64,000 nucleotides of DNA from an uncultured Devosia sp. (GTDB lineage: Bacteria; Pseudomonadota; Alphaproteobacteria; Rhizobiales; Devosiaceae): assembly GCF_913055165.1 (NCBI RefSeq), contig NZ_CAJXJS010000015.1, positions 276 through 64,275 on the forward strand, given 5' to 3'. Under the pieces are notes generated by a model that saw nothing but the letters and a program-made list of their open reading frames with translations, was not told where the DNA came from and made no database searches. Both the position numbers and the translations under genes were made by a program. This document shows positions 10,282-24,222 of the stretch, one piece after another; position 1 is the stretch's first letter, and each line of letters opens with the position of its first letter.

Positions 10282-10752
10282 ATGCGTCGCGCCCTTGCCC
10301 ACCTGCCACCCGGTCATGGCAGAACCCCGATTGATACGATCACCCTGGCCCACGACGAACGCCGCCTGCGCCGCAAGCTGCTTGTTGGCACCCAGGGCAC
10401 CGAGGTCATGGTGGATTTTCCCGCGACCGTCACACTGGACCACAATGGCGCACTCGAGCTGGATAATGGGGAACTGGTGAGCGTGATCGCCGCTCAGGAG
10501 CCGCTCTATGAGATCCGGGCCCACGATGGCGGCCACCTGCTGCGCCTGGCCTGGCATATTGGCAACCGCCATACGCCTGCCCAGCTTGAACCGGGGCGCA
10601 TCCTGATCAAGTGCGACCATGTGCTCAAGACCATGCTGGAGGGACTTGGCGCGACCGTCACCAACGTCACTGAGCCTTTCTTTGCCGAGCATGGTGCCTA
10701 TCACAGCCACGCACATGGGGATGGCGGCCACGCCCTCTTGAACCGCAAGTGA
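10282..10752 (+). CDS. ureE: Urease accessory protein UreE
   Basis: RLAWHIGNRHTPAQL, DHVLKTMLEGLGA, His-rich tail HGAYHSHAHG. Start moved to ATG 10282. Confidence 0.92.
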   Translation: MRRALAHLPPGHGRTPIDTITLAHDERRLRRKLLVGTQGTEVMVDFPATVTLDHNGALELDNGELVSVIAAQEPLYEIRAHDGGHLLRLAWHIGNRHTPAQLEPGRILIKCDHVLKTMLEGLGATVTNVTEPFFAEHGAYHSHAHGDGGHALLNRK

Positions 10753-11405
10753 GTGCCGATCTGCAGAAATTGCTGACCTGGATGTCCCCCGCCTTTCCGG
10801 TGGGCGCCTTTGCCTGGTCGGCGGGGCTTGAAACGGCCATTGTCCAGGGCAAGGTCACCGATCGCCCCTCCACCCAGGACTGGATTATGGGGGTTCTCCA
10901 TCACGGCGCCCTCAAGACAGACGCCGTGCTGCTCGCCAATGCCCATGCCGGGCATGCCGATGGGGCACGACTCGCCGAGATCGCCGATCTCTGCCTCGCC
11001 CTCACCCCGGCCCAGGAGCGGCACACCGAAACGACCCTGACGGGCAATGCCTTCATGCTCGCCAGCGCTGCCTGGCCAACCAGCACGCCCGTCCAGCTTC
11101 CCAAGCCGTGCCCCTATCCCGTCGCGGTGGGTGCGCTCGCCGGCGCGCATGGTATCGACCGGCGCGACACGCTGGTCGCCTTTCTGACTACCAGCGTACA
11201 TTCTCAGGTATCCGTCGCCGTGCGGCTGGTGCCCATCGGCCAGAATGATGGCCTTGCGATCATGGCCGCCCTTGAACCAGATATCGCCCGTATGGCCGAT
11301 CTGTGCCTTCATGCCGCACTGGACGATATTGGCAGCCTTGCCTATGGCGCAGATATTGCGCAGATGCAGCACGAGACCCTGGCAACGAGGATTTTCCGGT
11401 CATGA
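10749..11405 (+). CDS. ureF: Urease accessory protein UreF
   Basis: WMSPAFPVGAFAWSAGLE, AVRLVPIGQ, C-terminal [11 protein letters not shown]. Confidence 0.93.
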   Translation: MSADLQKLLTWMSPAFPVGAFAWSAGLETAIVQGKVTDRPSTQDWIMGVLHHGALKTDAVLLANAHAGHADGARLAEIADLCLALTPAQERHTETTLTGNAFMLASAAWPTSTPVQLPKPCPYPVAVGALAGAHGIDRRDTLVAFLTTSVHSQVSVAVRLVPIGQNDGLAIMAALEPDIARMADLCLHAALDDIGSLAYGADIAQMQHETLATRIFRS

Positions 11406-11833
11406 ACATGCTTTTCGCTTCTCTGATGTTCATTGGCCTTTTCGCCGTTTCCATCGCCCATTTCATGTGGGCCCTGGGCCGCACCTGGCCGATCCGCAAC
11501 GAGAAGCTGCTGGCCCAGACCGTAGTCGGCTTCAAGGATATCGAGCGCATGCCGCCACGCCTGGCTTCGCTTGCCGTGGCCATCGCGACCTTCACCGCCG
11601 GATGCTTCGCCCTGGCCCTGGCCGACCACGACAGCGGCGGCTGGCAACTCAACCTGATCGGCTTCGCACTTGCCGCCGTGTTCCTGGCCCGAGGCATCGT
11701 CGGCTACACCCCCTGGTGGGCCGGGGTGACGCCCGAACCCAATTTCCGCCTCAATGACCGCCGGGTCTATTCCCCGCTCTGCCTTTTCCTTGGCATCGGC
11801 TTCCTGGCCCTCATCTTTCTCCGCCTGACCTGA
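11402..11833 (+). CDS. DUF3995-like small membrane protein
   Basis: [29 protein letters not shown] pattern; ATGA overlap with the ureF stop. Confidence 0.72.
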   Translation: MNMLFASLMFIGLFAVSIAHFMWALGRTWPIRNEKLLAQTVVGFKDIERMPPRLASLAVAIATFTAGCFALALADHDSGGWQLNLIGFALAAVFLARGIVGYTPWWAGVTPEPNFRLNDRRVYSPLCLFLGIGFLALIFLRLT

Positions 11834-11849
11834 CAAAAGGAGCATTGTC

Positions 11850-12482
11850 ATGCCAAAGAGCCTCAATGGACCCCTGCGCATCGGCATTGGCGGGCCTGTC
11901 GGCTCGGGCAAGACGACGCTGTGCGAGATGCTGCTCAAGGCCATGCGCGACCGCTATTCCATGGCCGTGGTCACCAATGACATCTACACCCAGGAAGATG
12001 CGCTGATCCTCTCGCGCGTTCAGGCGATTTCGGAGGACCGCATTGTCGGCGTGGAAACTGGCGGCTGCCCACACACCGCCATTCGCGAGGACGCTTCGCT
12101 GAACCTGGCCGCCATCGACGCCCTCAACCAGAAATTCCCCGACCTCGATATCGTGCTGATCGAAAGCGGCGGCGACAATTTGGCGGCCACCTTCTCGCCG
12201 GACCTGGCGGACCTCACCATCTATGTGATCTCGGTCGCCCAGGGCGAAAAGGTGCCGCGCAAGGGCGGCCCGGCCATTTCCCGCTCGGACCTGCTGGTCA
12301 TCACCCACACCGATCTGGCCCCCTATGTCGGTGCCAGCCTCGAGGTCATGGAAAGCGATACGCAAAAGGTCCGTGAAGGCCGCCCCTATGTCTTCACCGA
12401 CCTCTTGCGCCGCGAAAGCCTCGACCAGATCATCGGCTTCATCGAGAAGCACGGTGGGTTTGCGGCCGAGGCGGCGGAATAG
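11850..12482 (+). CDS. ureG: Urease accessory GTPase UreG
   Basis: [38 protein letters not shown]; G4 motif is the atypical THTD. Confidence 0.97.
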   Translation: MPKSLNGPLRIGIGGPVGSGKTTLCEMLLKAMRDRYSMAVVTNDIYTQEDALILSRVQAISEDRIVGVETGGCPHTAIREDASLNLAAIDALNQKFPDLDIVLIESGGDNLAATFSPDLADLTIYVISVAQGEKVPRKGGPAISRSDLLVITHTDLAPYVGASLEVMESDTQKVREGRPYVFTDLLRRESLDQIIGFIEKHGGFAAEAAE

Positions 12483-12483
12483 G

Positions 12484-12948
12484 TTGAGCGGTTATCTGCG
12501 CCTGCGACGCTCGCTCATCGAGCCCGTCGCGGTTCCCGATCTGCCGCCCGGTGTCGGATTGTTGCCGCTCTGGCGCGCCAAGCCCGTAAACCTGCACCGC
12601 ATTCTCAAAGCGGCGTATGCCGATGGCGGCGGAGAAGTCGGCAGCTTCGACCAATGGTGGTGGCCCTTGGTCGATGACGCCGAATTCGCCCCCCACTTGG
12701 TCATCATTCTGGCAGACGAAGAGGACGACCCGCTGGGGCTGGTCCAGTGCTGGACCAGCAGCTTCATCAAGGACATCGTCGTCCACCCCCGCGCACGCGG
12801 CCGCGGCCTTGGTTCCGCTCTGCTAACCCGAGCCTTTGTGCGCTTGCGCGAGCGCGGACATCTGCATGTGGACCTCAAGGTGCAGGTGGCCAACCAGGCA
12901 GCAAGGCGGTTCTATGCACGCCACGGCATGGTCGAGGCAGAGGGTTAA
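12484..12948 (+). CDS. GNAT family N-acetyltransferase
   Basis: VHPRARGRGLGSALL acetyl-CoA motif, N..A.RFY.RHG; probable TTG start at 12484. Confidence 0.82.
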   Translation: MSGYLRLRRSLIEPVAVPDLPPGVGLLPLWRAKPVNLHRILKAAYADGGGEVGSFDQWWWPLVDDAEFAPHLVIILADEEDDPLGLVQCWTSSFIKDIVVHPRARGRGLGSALLTRAFVRLRERGHLHVDLKVQVANQAARRFYARHGMVEAEG

Positions 12949-14945
12949 CCGGGCCGCACCAGCGCCACGACAGACCGTGGCGGCAGGGTTGCGGTGCCCT
13001 CAGTAAGCGGCACGTCGGAGCCGGGATCGGATTGGATGCCCAGCATCCACTCACCTTCCGGCAGGCGCGCCACCACCGGTTCGATCCGCCGGTTGAACCA
13101 GACGAGCACGTCGTCTTCCTTGTGGCGAAGATGCATGCCCAGCACCGAGGCGCCGCTCTCGTTCCAGTCGCCTTCGGTCATTTCCCGGCCATCGGGATGC
13201 AGCCAGACCACGTCGCGCACCTCGTTGCGGCCCTGGCCGGTCAACCAATGATCATGGCTGACCGCCGGATGCGCCTTGCGGAAGGCGTTGATTGCCGCCA
13301 CGAAATCGACCAATGCGCCGTCGGCGCTTTCCCAATCCACCCAGGTAATCTCATTGTCCTGGGCATAGGCATTATTGTTGCCCTGCTGGGTCCGATACAT
13401 CTCGTCGCCCTGCTGGATCAGTGGCGTGCCGCGTGACAGGAACAGGGTGGCCAGCAATGCCCTTACATCGCGCCGGCGCGCAGCGTTGATCGCTTCGTCC
13501 TCGGTCTCACCCTCCACGCCGCAATTCCAGGAGGAATTGTGATTGTGGCCATCGCGGTTATTCTCGCCGTTCGCCTCGTTATGCTTGTCGTGGTAGCTGA
13601 CGAGATCGCGCAGGGTGAAGCCATCATGCACCGCCAGCATATTGACGCCATTGCTCGGCTTGCGCCCGGAGACATCGAAGATTTCGGCCGACCCCGATAC
13701 CTTGCCGGCAAGCGCCCCGATCTTGCCGCTCTCGCCCTTCCAGAAGCCCCGGATTTCGTCGCGATAGGTGTCGTTGTGCTCGGCAAATTCCTTGCCGAAC
13801 TTGCCCAGGCCATAACCGCCCGGACCTGGATCCCAGGGTTCGGCCACCAGGATAGCCTTGCTCAAAACCGGGTCCGCCTTGATCTTTTTCAGCATCTCGG
13901 CTTCGGGGTCGAAACCGGGATTGCGTCCCAGCACCGTGGCGAGGTCAAAGCGAAAACCGGAAACGCCAAGCTCTTCCACGTAGTAGCGCAGGCTCTCGAT
14001 CACCAGCCGCTGCACCGCCGGGTGGTCGCAGCGCAGCGTATTGCCCGTGCCGGTGTCGTTCACGAGGTGCTTTTTGCCGTCCACCTCGACAAAGCGATAA
14101 TAGGTCTGCGGGTCCAGCCCCATCATGGAAAGGATCGGCCCCTGGCTGTCCCCTTCCCCGGTGTGGTTATAGACCACGTCCAGGATCACCGAGATGCCGG
14201 CTTTGCGATAGGCGTCGGTCATCACCCGCATCTCCTGCGGGCCGCGCGGCGCCAGCCGTGGGTCAACAGCAAAATAGGCCACCGGATTGTAGCCCCAGGC
14301 ATTGGTCAGCCCCAGGGCTGGCAGGTGCCCTTCATCGATCCATGCCGCCGTGGGCATCAATTGCACCGTGTCGACACCAAGATATTTGAAATGGTCGATC
14401 ACCCGGCGCGTCGTCAGCGCCGCCACGGTCCCGCGCAACGGTCCCTGCACGCTGGGATGCCGCATAGTGAAGCCACGCACATTGACCTCGTAATAGAGGC
14501 TCGGCGCCTTCTTGCGGGGATGCGCAGGCTCGTTGCCGCCTCCCGGCACGATGGCCTTGGGAACCAGTTCAGCAGTATCCACCGCATCCTCGCGCGGCAG
14601 CCGCAACCGTGGCGAACGTACAAACACCCGGTCCAGATGCCGGGCATAGGGATCGACCAATAGCTTATTGGGATCGAAGAAATAGCCTTGATCGGGGTCA
14701 TATCGGCCGTCGGCGCGCAGGCCATAGCGCGCTCCAGGGCCGACATTGGCGATCAGCCCGGCGTGAACATTGTCCTTGTGCACGTCCAGCTCGAACCGAT
14801 CGATCTCCTTGTCCTGCTCGTCGAACAGGCAGACCCAGATGGCGCTGGCGCTCTCGGAATAGACAGCAAAATTGACGCCCTCGGCACTCGCGACGGCGCC
14901 GAGTTGGTCCGTGCGCCCGGCATGGGGCACCAGTTCGGGTTTCAT
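12945..14945 (-). CDS. glgX: Glycogen debranching enzyme GlgX
   Basis: GH13: WGYNP, DVVYNHT, GFRFDLA, AEPWD, HDGFTLRDLVSY. Start taken at ATG 14945 (TTG 14951 is an alternative). Confidence 0.95.
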   Translation of the reverse strand: MKPELVPHAGRTDQLGAVASAEGVNFAVYSESASAIWVCLFDEQDKEIDRFELDVHKDNVHAGLIANVGPGARYGLRADGRYDPDQGYFFDPNKLLVDPYARHLDRVFVRSPRLRLPREDAVDTAELVPKAIVPGGGNEPAHPRKKAPSLYYEVNVRGFTMRHPSVQGPLRGTVAALTTRRVIDHFKYLGVDTVQLMPTAAWIDEGHLPALGLTNAWGYNPVAYFAVDPRLAPRGPQEMRVMTDAYRKAGISVILDVVYNHTGEGDSQGPILSMMGLDPQTYYRFVEVDGKKHLVNDTGTGNTLRCDHPAVQRLVIESLRYYVEELGVSGFRFDLATVLGRNPGFDPEAEMLKKIKADPVLSKAILVAEPWDPGPGGYGLGKFGKEFAEHNDTYRDEIRGFWKGESGKIGALAGKVSGSAEIFDVSGRKPSNGVNMLAVHDGFTLRDLVSYHDKHNEANGENNRDGHNHNSSWNCGVEGETEDEAINAARRRDVRALLATLFLSRGTPLIQQGDEMYRTQQGNNNAYAQDNEITWVDWESADGALVDFVAAINAFRKAHPAVSHDHWLTGQGRNEVRDVVWLHPDGREMTEGDWNESGASVLGMHLRHKEDDVLVWFNRRIEPVVARLPEGEWMLGIQSDPGSDVPLTEGTATLPPRSVVALVRPG

Positions 14946-14958
14946 GGACAAGGCGAGC

Positions 14959-18033
<3,075 letters not shown>

Positions 18034-18037
<4 letters not shown>

Positions 18038-19305
18038 CGATCCGCCAGATATTTGTTGATCATGGGCTGGGTGATGAGCGTGACGCCCTCATCTGTGCGC
18101 CGGAACCACTTGGCGTCGAATTCGGGATCCTCGCCAACCACCAGGCCTTCGGGGATATTCACCCCACGGTCAATCACCACCTTCTTGAGCCGCGCGTTGC
18201 GCCCAATATCGCAATAGGGCAGCACCACTGCGTCTTCCAGCATGGAATAGGAATGGACCCTGGAGCCGGTGGAAAGCAGTGTTCGCTGCAGATAGCCACC
18301 CGAAATGATGCAGTCGCCCGAGACCAGCGAATTGACCGCCGTGCCCCGCCGACCGTCGAAATCATGCACGAACTTGGCCGGCGGCGTAATCTCGGCATAG
18401 GTCCAAATCGGCCAGTCGCGGTCATAGAGATCGAGCTGCGGGGTTATGTCGGTGAGGTCGATATTGGCCTTCCAATAGGCGTCCACCGTACCCACGTCCC
18501 GCCAGTAGCTGACCTTCTCATTGCTTGAGCGCACGCAGGAACGGTTGAACCGGTGCGCCCAGGCGGTACCGTTCTTGACGATATAGGGGATGATGTCCTT
18601 GCCAAAATCGCGGTTCGAGCCTTCCGTGGCCGCATCGCGCTTGAGCTGCTCCATCAGGAACCGCGTTTCGAAAACATAAATACCCATCGAGGCCAGGGCC
18701 ATGTCCGGCTTGTCGGGAATGCCCGGCGGGTCCTTGGGCTTTTCGACGAAATCGACGACGCGGTCACGCCCGTCCACATGCATGACGCCGAAGCCAGTGG
18801 CCTCCATGCGCGGCACTTCGAGGCACCCAATGGTCACGTCCGCGCCGGTGTCCACATGCTGGCGTAGCATGATTTCATAGTCCATCTTGTAGATGTGGTC
18901 GCCCGCCAGAATGACGATATAGCGCGCGCCATAATCCTCGATGATGTCCATGTTCTGGTACACCGCATCGGCGGTGCCGGCATACCACATGTCCTCGGCA
19001 ACGCGCTGCGAAGCGGGCAGCACGTCGAAACTTTCGTTGCGTTCTTGGCGCAGGAAGTTCCAGCCGCGTGACAGGTGCCGGATTAGGCTGTGCGCCTGAT
19101 ATTGTGTGGCCACCGAAATGCGGCGGATGCCGGAGTTGATCGCATTGGAAAGCGCAAAGTCGATGATGCGCGCCTTGCCGCCGAAATAGACTGCAGGCTT
19201 GGCGCGCCTGTCAGTCAATTCCATCAGGCGCGTGCCGCGCCCGCCCGCCAGCACATAGGCCATGGCCTCACGCGCCAGTGGCGATGGTACTCGGTAATCA
19301 GCCAT
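18034..19305 (-). CDS. glgC: Glucose-1-phosphate adenylyltransferase
   Basis: [39 protein letters not shown] 19305 preceded by GGAGGG. Confidence 0.97.
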
Positions 19306-19361
19306 ATTATTTCCCTCCGCATATGCCCGGCTTCTGCCGGGTCTTGGTTCCCTCAACCGTC

Positions 19362-21563
19362 CTATGACGGCTCATATTTCAAGAACAATGTCGCCAGTGG
19401 CGGCAGGTAGACCTCCGCCTCCGCCGGCCAGTGCTGCCCTTCGACGGCCTTGGCAATAACAGCGCCCTGGTTGCCGGTGTTCCCGCCCGAGTACCAACCG
19501 GCATCGGTATTGATCCGCTCGACCCAGCGCCCCGCCTTGGGCAAAGGCACCTTGTAGTGGCTCCGCGGCACTGGCGTGAAATTGGAGATCACCAGCACAG
19601 GGTCCGCGTCGGGTGCCTGGCGAATCCAGGCCAGCACCGAATTGGCCTGGTCATTGCCGATCAGCCACTCGAAGCCCTCTGGCTCGCAATCCCGCTCGTG
19701 CAGGGCCGGCAGGCTGCGATAAGCCGCATTGAGGTCGGCCACCAAACGCCGCATCCCCTCATGTGGCGGAGAATCCAGCAACCACCAGTCCAGCGACTTG
19801 CTCTCGCTCCACTCTTCGCGTTGCGCGAACTCCTGTCCCATGAACAAGAGCTTCTTGCCCGGGTGCCCCCACATGAAGGCCAGATAGGCCCTGAGATTGG
19901 CAAATTGCTGCCAGTCGTCACCCGGCATCTTGCTCAGCAGCGCGCCCTTGCCATGCACCACCTCGTCATGGCTGAGCGGCAGCACGAAGTTTTCGCTGAA
20001 GGCATAGACCAGGCCAAAGGTCATGTCATTGTGGTGGAAGCGCCGATGCACCGGCTCACGGCTCATGAACCGCAGGGTGTCGTTCATGAAGCCCATATTC
20101 CACTTGAACCCGAAACCCAGCCCGCCGGCATATGTCGGCGCACTGACCCCCGGCCACGCCGTGGACTCCTCGGCGATCATGAAGGCGCCTGGAAACTGCC
20201 GATAGACTTCGGCATTGACCCGCTGCAGGAAGGCCACGGCTTCAAGATTCTGGTTGCCACCATGCTGGTTCGGCACCCACTGTCCCGCCTGGCGCGAATA
20301 ATCGAGATAGAGCATCGAGGCCACGGCATCCACGCGCAGCCCGTCGATGTGGAACTGGTCGAACCAGAACAGCGCATTATTGGTGAGGTAGGCCGAAACC
20401 TCCTTGCGCCCGAAATTGTAGATCGCCGTGTTCCAGTCCGGGTGGAACCCCTGGCGAGGGTCCTCATGCTCATAGAGCGCCGTGCCGTCGAAATGCGATA
20501 GGCCGTGCTCATCGGTCGGGAAATGCGCCGGTACCCAGTCCAGGATCACTCCCAACCCCGCTTCATGCGCGGCATTGACCAGCCGGGCAAACCCCGCCGG
20601 GTCACCAAAACGCGCGGTAGGCGCGTAGAGCCCGGTCGGTTGGTACCCCCAGCTGGGGTCGAAGGGATGTTCGGAAACCGGCAGGAACTCGAGATGGGTA
20701 TATCCCATGTCCGCAGCATAGGGCACCAGTTGCTCGGCCAGCTGGTCATAGCTCATGAAGCTGCCGTCCGGCCGCCGCCGCCATGATCCCAGATGCACTT
20801 CGTAGATCGACATGGGTGTGCGCCGCCAATCCTTGGAGGCGCGCTCTTCCATGTATGTCTGGTCGGTCCAGGTGAAGGGCGTCGGGTCGGGCACGACAGA
20901 GGCGGTGCGCGGCCGCATTTCCGCCTGCCGCGCAAACGGGTCAGCCTTCAATGGCAGCACCTGCCTGTTGGGGCCGACGATCTCGTACTTATAGATCGTG
21001 CCCGTCCCCAGCACCGGGATGAACACTTCCCAGATGCCGTTGCGATTGCGCATGGGGTGGCGCCGGCCGTCCCAGTCATTCCAGGGACCCACCACCGAGA
21101 CGCGCTGCGCATTTGGCGCCCACACGGCGAAATGCGTGCCATGGATGCCCTCGAACTCCATCTCGTGGGCGCCCATCTTGTCGAAGAGCCTCAGGTGGCT
21201 GCCTTCGCCGATATAGTAGTCGTCCATAGGCCCGAGCACCGGCCCAAAGGAATAAGGGTCGAACACAGTCCAGCTGCCACCGGCGTTCTTCGCCTCGTAG
21301 CGGACGGGCTGGCGTTCATCGATATCGACCTTCGCCTCGAAGAACCCGTCGGCGTGGCGGGGGATCATGTGGCCCAACGGTGTGCCGTCGAGCGCAAAGG
21401 CATTGAGTGTTTCCGCGTGAGGAACGAAGGCCCGCAGCACCCAGTGTCCTTCGACCTGGTGCAGGCCCAGAAAGGCGAAGGCATTGCTGTGGCGACCCGC
21501 CACGATAGCTTCCACTTCCCACCCGTCTGCCTGCCAGCTTTCCTTGCTCACGCTCACTCCCAC
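19362..21563 (-). CDS. glgB: 1,4-alpha-glucan branching enzyme
   Basis: [52 protein letters not shown]. Exact GTG start uncertain. Confidence 0.97.
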   Translation of the reverse strand: MGVSVSKESWQADGWEVEAIVAGRHSNAFAFLGLHQVEGHWVLRAFVPHAETLNAFALDGTPLGHMIPRHADGFFEAKVDIDERQPVRYEAKNAGGSWTVFDPYSFGPVLGPMDDYYIGEGSHLRLFDKMGAHEMEFEGIHGTHFAVWAPNAQRVSVVGPWNDWDGRRHPMRNRNGIWEVFIPVLGTGTIYKYEIVGPNRQVLPLKADPFARQAEMRPRTASVVPDPTPFTWTDQTYMEERASKDWRRTPMSIYEVHLGSWRRRPDGSFMSYDQLAEQLVPYAADMGYTHLEFLPVSEHPFDPSWGYQPTGLYAPTARFGDPAGFARLVNAAHEAGLGVILDWVPAHFPTDEHGLSHFDGTALYEHEDPRQGFHPDWNTAIYNFGRKEVSAYLTNNALFWFDQFHIDGLRVDAVASMLYLDYSRQAGQWVPNQHGGNQNLEAVAFLQRVNAEVYRQFPGAFMIAEESTAWPGVSAPTYAGGLGFGFKWNMGFMNDTLRFMSREPVHRRFHHNDMTFGLVYAFSENFVLPLSHDEVVHGKGALLSKMPGDDWQQFANLRAYLAFMWGHPGKKLLFMGQEFAQREEWSESKSLDWWLLDSPPHEGMRRLVADLNAAYRSLPALHERDCEPEGFEWLIGNDQANSVLAWIRQAPDADPVLVISNFTPVPRSHYKVPLPKAGRWVERINTDAGWYSGGNTGNQGAVIAKAVEGQHWPAEAEVYLPPLATLFLKYEPS

Positions 21564-21659
21564 ATTCCCCCACTGGCCCTTGCACGCATCGCGGACCCGA
21601 CAACAATTGGCGCACAGTCCTGATCTTGTGTGTCAGGCATGGAACCGCGCACCTCTGCA

Positions 21660-24131
21660 CTAGGACGTTGGAACGTCCCATATATCTTCTGCATATTGCC
21701 GGATCGTCCTGTCCGACGAGAAGAAACCGACGCTGGCCGTGTTCCGGATCGCCATAGCGGTCCACTTCTTCTTGTCACGCCAGATACCATCCACCTTGCC
21801 CTGCGCGGCGGCATAGGCATCGAAGTCCCGCGCCACCATGAACCAGTCATGGTCATACAGCCCGCCAATCAGGTCGCGATAGCGATGCGGGTCGTCCGGG
21901 GAGAAAACTCCCGAAGCGATGGAATCGAGCGCTTCACGCAGGCGCGGCGACGCATCTATCGCCGCCCGCGGCACCTCCGAGCGTGCACGCTTGTCCTCCA
22001 CCTGGTCAGTGGTCAGGCCGAAGATGACGATGTTCTTGTCGCCCACTTCCTTATGCATTTCGACATTGGCGCCATCCATCGTGCCGATGGTGATCGCGCC
22101 ATTGGCCATGAACTTCATGTTGCCGGTGCCCGAGGCTTCCATGCCGGCGGTCGAAATCTGCTCTGACAGGTCGGCGGCCGGCACGATGACTTCGGCCAGG
22201 CTCACATTGTAATTGGGCAGGAACACAACCTTGAGCAGCCCGCGCACTGCGGGGTCGTTGTTGATGACCCGCGCGACGTCGTTGATCAGCTTGATGATCA
22301 GCTTGGCGTTCCAATAGCTCGGCGCCGCCTTGCCCGCGAAGATCTTCACCCGCGGCACCCACTCCCTCTCGGGATGGGCGCGGATCTCATCGTAGAGCGC
22401 CACTGCATGGATGATATTGAGCAGCTGGCGCTTGTATTCATGGATGCGCTTGATCTGCACATCGAACATGGCGTCGGGCGAAACGGTGATGTTGAGCCGG
22501 TCCTTGATAAGCTTGGCCAGCTTCTTCTTGTTTTGGAGCTTCACCTCGGCAAACTGCTTCTGGAAGCTGGGGTCCTCGGCATGCGGCACAAGCTGGTGCA
22601 GCTTGTCGATATCGTCCAGGAAATCGGGACCGATGCGGTCCGAGATCAGCCGCGTCAGCAAAGGGTTACACTGCATCAGCCAGCGGCGCGGCGTAATGCC
22701 GTTGGTCTTGTTGTTGATGCGCTCGGGATAGAGCTTGTGCAGGTCGGCAAACACGGTCTGCTTCATCAACTCGGTATGCAGCGCCGACACGCCATTGATC
22801 GAGTGTGACCCAACAAAAGCCAACTGGCCCATGCGCACGCGGCGCCCGCCATGCTCGTCGATCAGCGACACATTGGCGATCTGCTGGTCAGAAAACTTCG
22901 CCTTGGTGCGCGCCTCGGCCAGCACATCGGCATTGATCTGATAGACGATCTGCATGTGACGCGGCAGCAGGCGTTCGAGCAGCGCCACCGGCCAGCTCTC
23001 CAGCGCCTCGGGCAACAGGGTGTGATTGGTATAGCCAAATGTACCCTTGGTGATCTGCCAGGCCTTGGCCCATTTGATCCCGTTGTCGTCGACCAGAATG
23101 CGCATCAGCTCGGCCACAGAGATGGCCGGATGCGTGTCATTGAGCTGGATGGCGACCTTGTCGGCCAGTGATCCGAGGTCTCCATATTGCTGCAAGTGCC
23201 GGCGCACGATGTCCTGCAGGGAGGCCGAAGAGAAGAAAAACTCCTGCCGCAGCCGCAGTTCCTGCCCTGCCGCGGTTGAATCGGCGGGATAGAGCACGCG
23301 GGTGATAGCTTCCGCCTTGGCGCTCTCCTCGAGCGCGCCGATATGGTCGCCCGAATTAAACTTGTCGAGCAGGATCGGGTCGATCGGCTGAGCGCTCCAG
23401 AGCCGCAACGTATTCACGCGGGCCCCGCGCCAGCCCACGATCGGGGTGTCATAGGCCACAGCCAGCAAGTGCTCGTTCGGATGCCATTCCTGGCGCACTT
23501 CACCATCTGGATCGGTCACCGGTTCTACATGACCGCCGAAACCAACCTCATAGGCACTCTCGCGCCGCTCGAACTCCCAGGGATTGCCATGCGCCAGCCA
23601 TTCCTCGGGCAGTTCGACCTGCCAGCCCTCGCTCATCTCCTGGCGGAACAGGCCATGCACATAGCGGATGCCATAGCCATAGGCCGGAATTTTCACCGAA
23701 GACATGGATTCAAGGAAACATGCGGCCAGGCGGCCGAGACCGCCATTGCCCAGCGCCGCATCGGGCTCGAGATTGATCAGGTCGCCGAGATCGACATCGA
23801 GGTTTTTCAACGCCTCGGCGACCGGCTCCATCAGCCCCACATTGCTCATCGCGTCGCGCATCAGCCGGCCGATGAGGAATTCGAGGCTGAGGTAATAGAC
23901 GCGCTTGTTCGAGGTGCGCCAGGTCTCGCGCGAACTCTCCATCCAGCGGTCCATGATGCGATCACGCACCGCCAATATGGTTGCGCGCAGCCAATCATGC
24001 GGCCGGGCAACGATCGGGTCCTTGCCGACCGAATAGATCAGCTTTTCTAGGATCTCGGCCTGAATGGCCTCAACGGTGATCGCGCGGGGTTCTGGCGTGG
24101 GCGCATCGTAAACGATCGGCTTTTGCGGCAT
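21660..24131 (-). CDS. glgP: Glycogen phosphorylase
   Basis: LGNGGLGRLAACF, QLNDTHP, KRIHEYKRQ, PLP site EASGTGNMKF. Confidence 0.97.
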   Translation of the reverse strand: MPQKPIVYDAPTPEPRAITVEAIQAEILEKLIYSVGKDPIVARPHDWLRATILAVRDRIMDRWMESSRETWRTSNKRVYYLSLEFLIGRLMRDAMSNVGLMEPVAEALKNLDVDLGDLINLEPDAALGNGGLGRLAACFLESMSSVKIPAYGYGIRYVHGLFRQEMSEGWQVELPEEWLAHGNPWEFERRESAYEVGFGGHVEPVTDPDGEVRQEWHPNEHLLAVAYDTPIVGWRGARVNTLRLWSAQPIDPILLDKFNSGDHIGALEESAKAEAITRVLYPADSTAAGQELRLRQEFFFSSASLQDIVRRHLQQYGDLGSLADKVAIQLNDTHPAISVAELMRILVDDNGIKWAKAWQITKGTFGYTNHTLLPEALESWPVALLERLLPRHMQIVYQINADVLAEARTKAKFSDQQIANVSLIDEHGGRRVRMGQLAFVGSHSINGVSALHTELMKQTVFADLHKLYPERINNKTNGITPRRWLMQCNPLLTRLISDRIGPDFLDDIDKLHQLVPHAEDPSFQKQFAEVKLQNKKKLAKLIKDRLNITVSPDAMFDVQIKRIHEYKRQLLNIIHAVALYDEIRAHPEREWVPRVKIFAGKAAPSYWNAKLIIKLINDVARVINNDPAVRGLLKVVFLPNYNVSLAEVIVPAADLSEQISTAGMEASGTGNMKFMANGAITIGTMDGANVEMHKEVGDKNIVIFGLTTDQVEDKRARSEVPRAAIDASPRLREALDSIASGVFSPDDPHRYRDLIGGLYDHDWFMVARDFDAYAAAQGKVDGIWRDKKKWTAMAIRNTASVGFFSSDRTIRQYAEDIWDVPTS

Positions 24132-24181
24132 CTCGCAATCCAGTGTTCATGACGATGTTCCCCTCAGAATGGGGATAGTGT

Positions 24182-24198
24182 TGCACTTAATTTGTGCA
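24182..24198. promoter_or_regulatory. TGCAC-N7-GTGCA palindrome (NtrC-like box) upstream of glgP
   Basis: TGCACTTAATTTGTGCA. The outer half-sites match the NtrC consensus TGCAC-N7-GTGCA; the inner CA/TG bases do not. Confidence 0.35.
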
Positions 24199-24222
24199 GG
24201 GGAAAGCCCCCGTGAAAATCCC

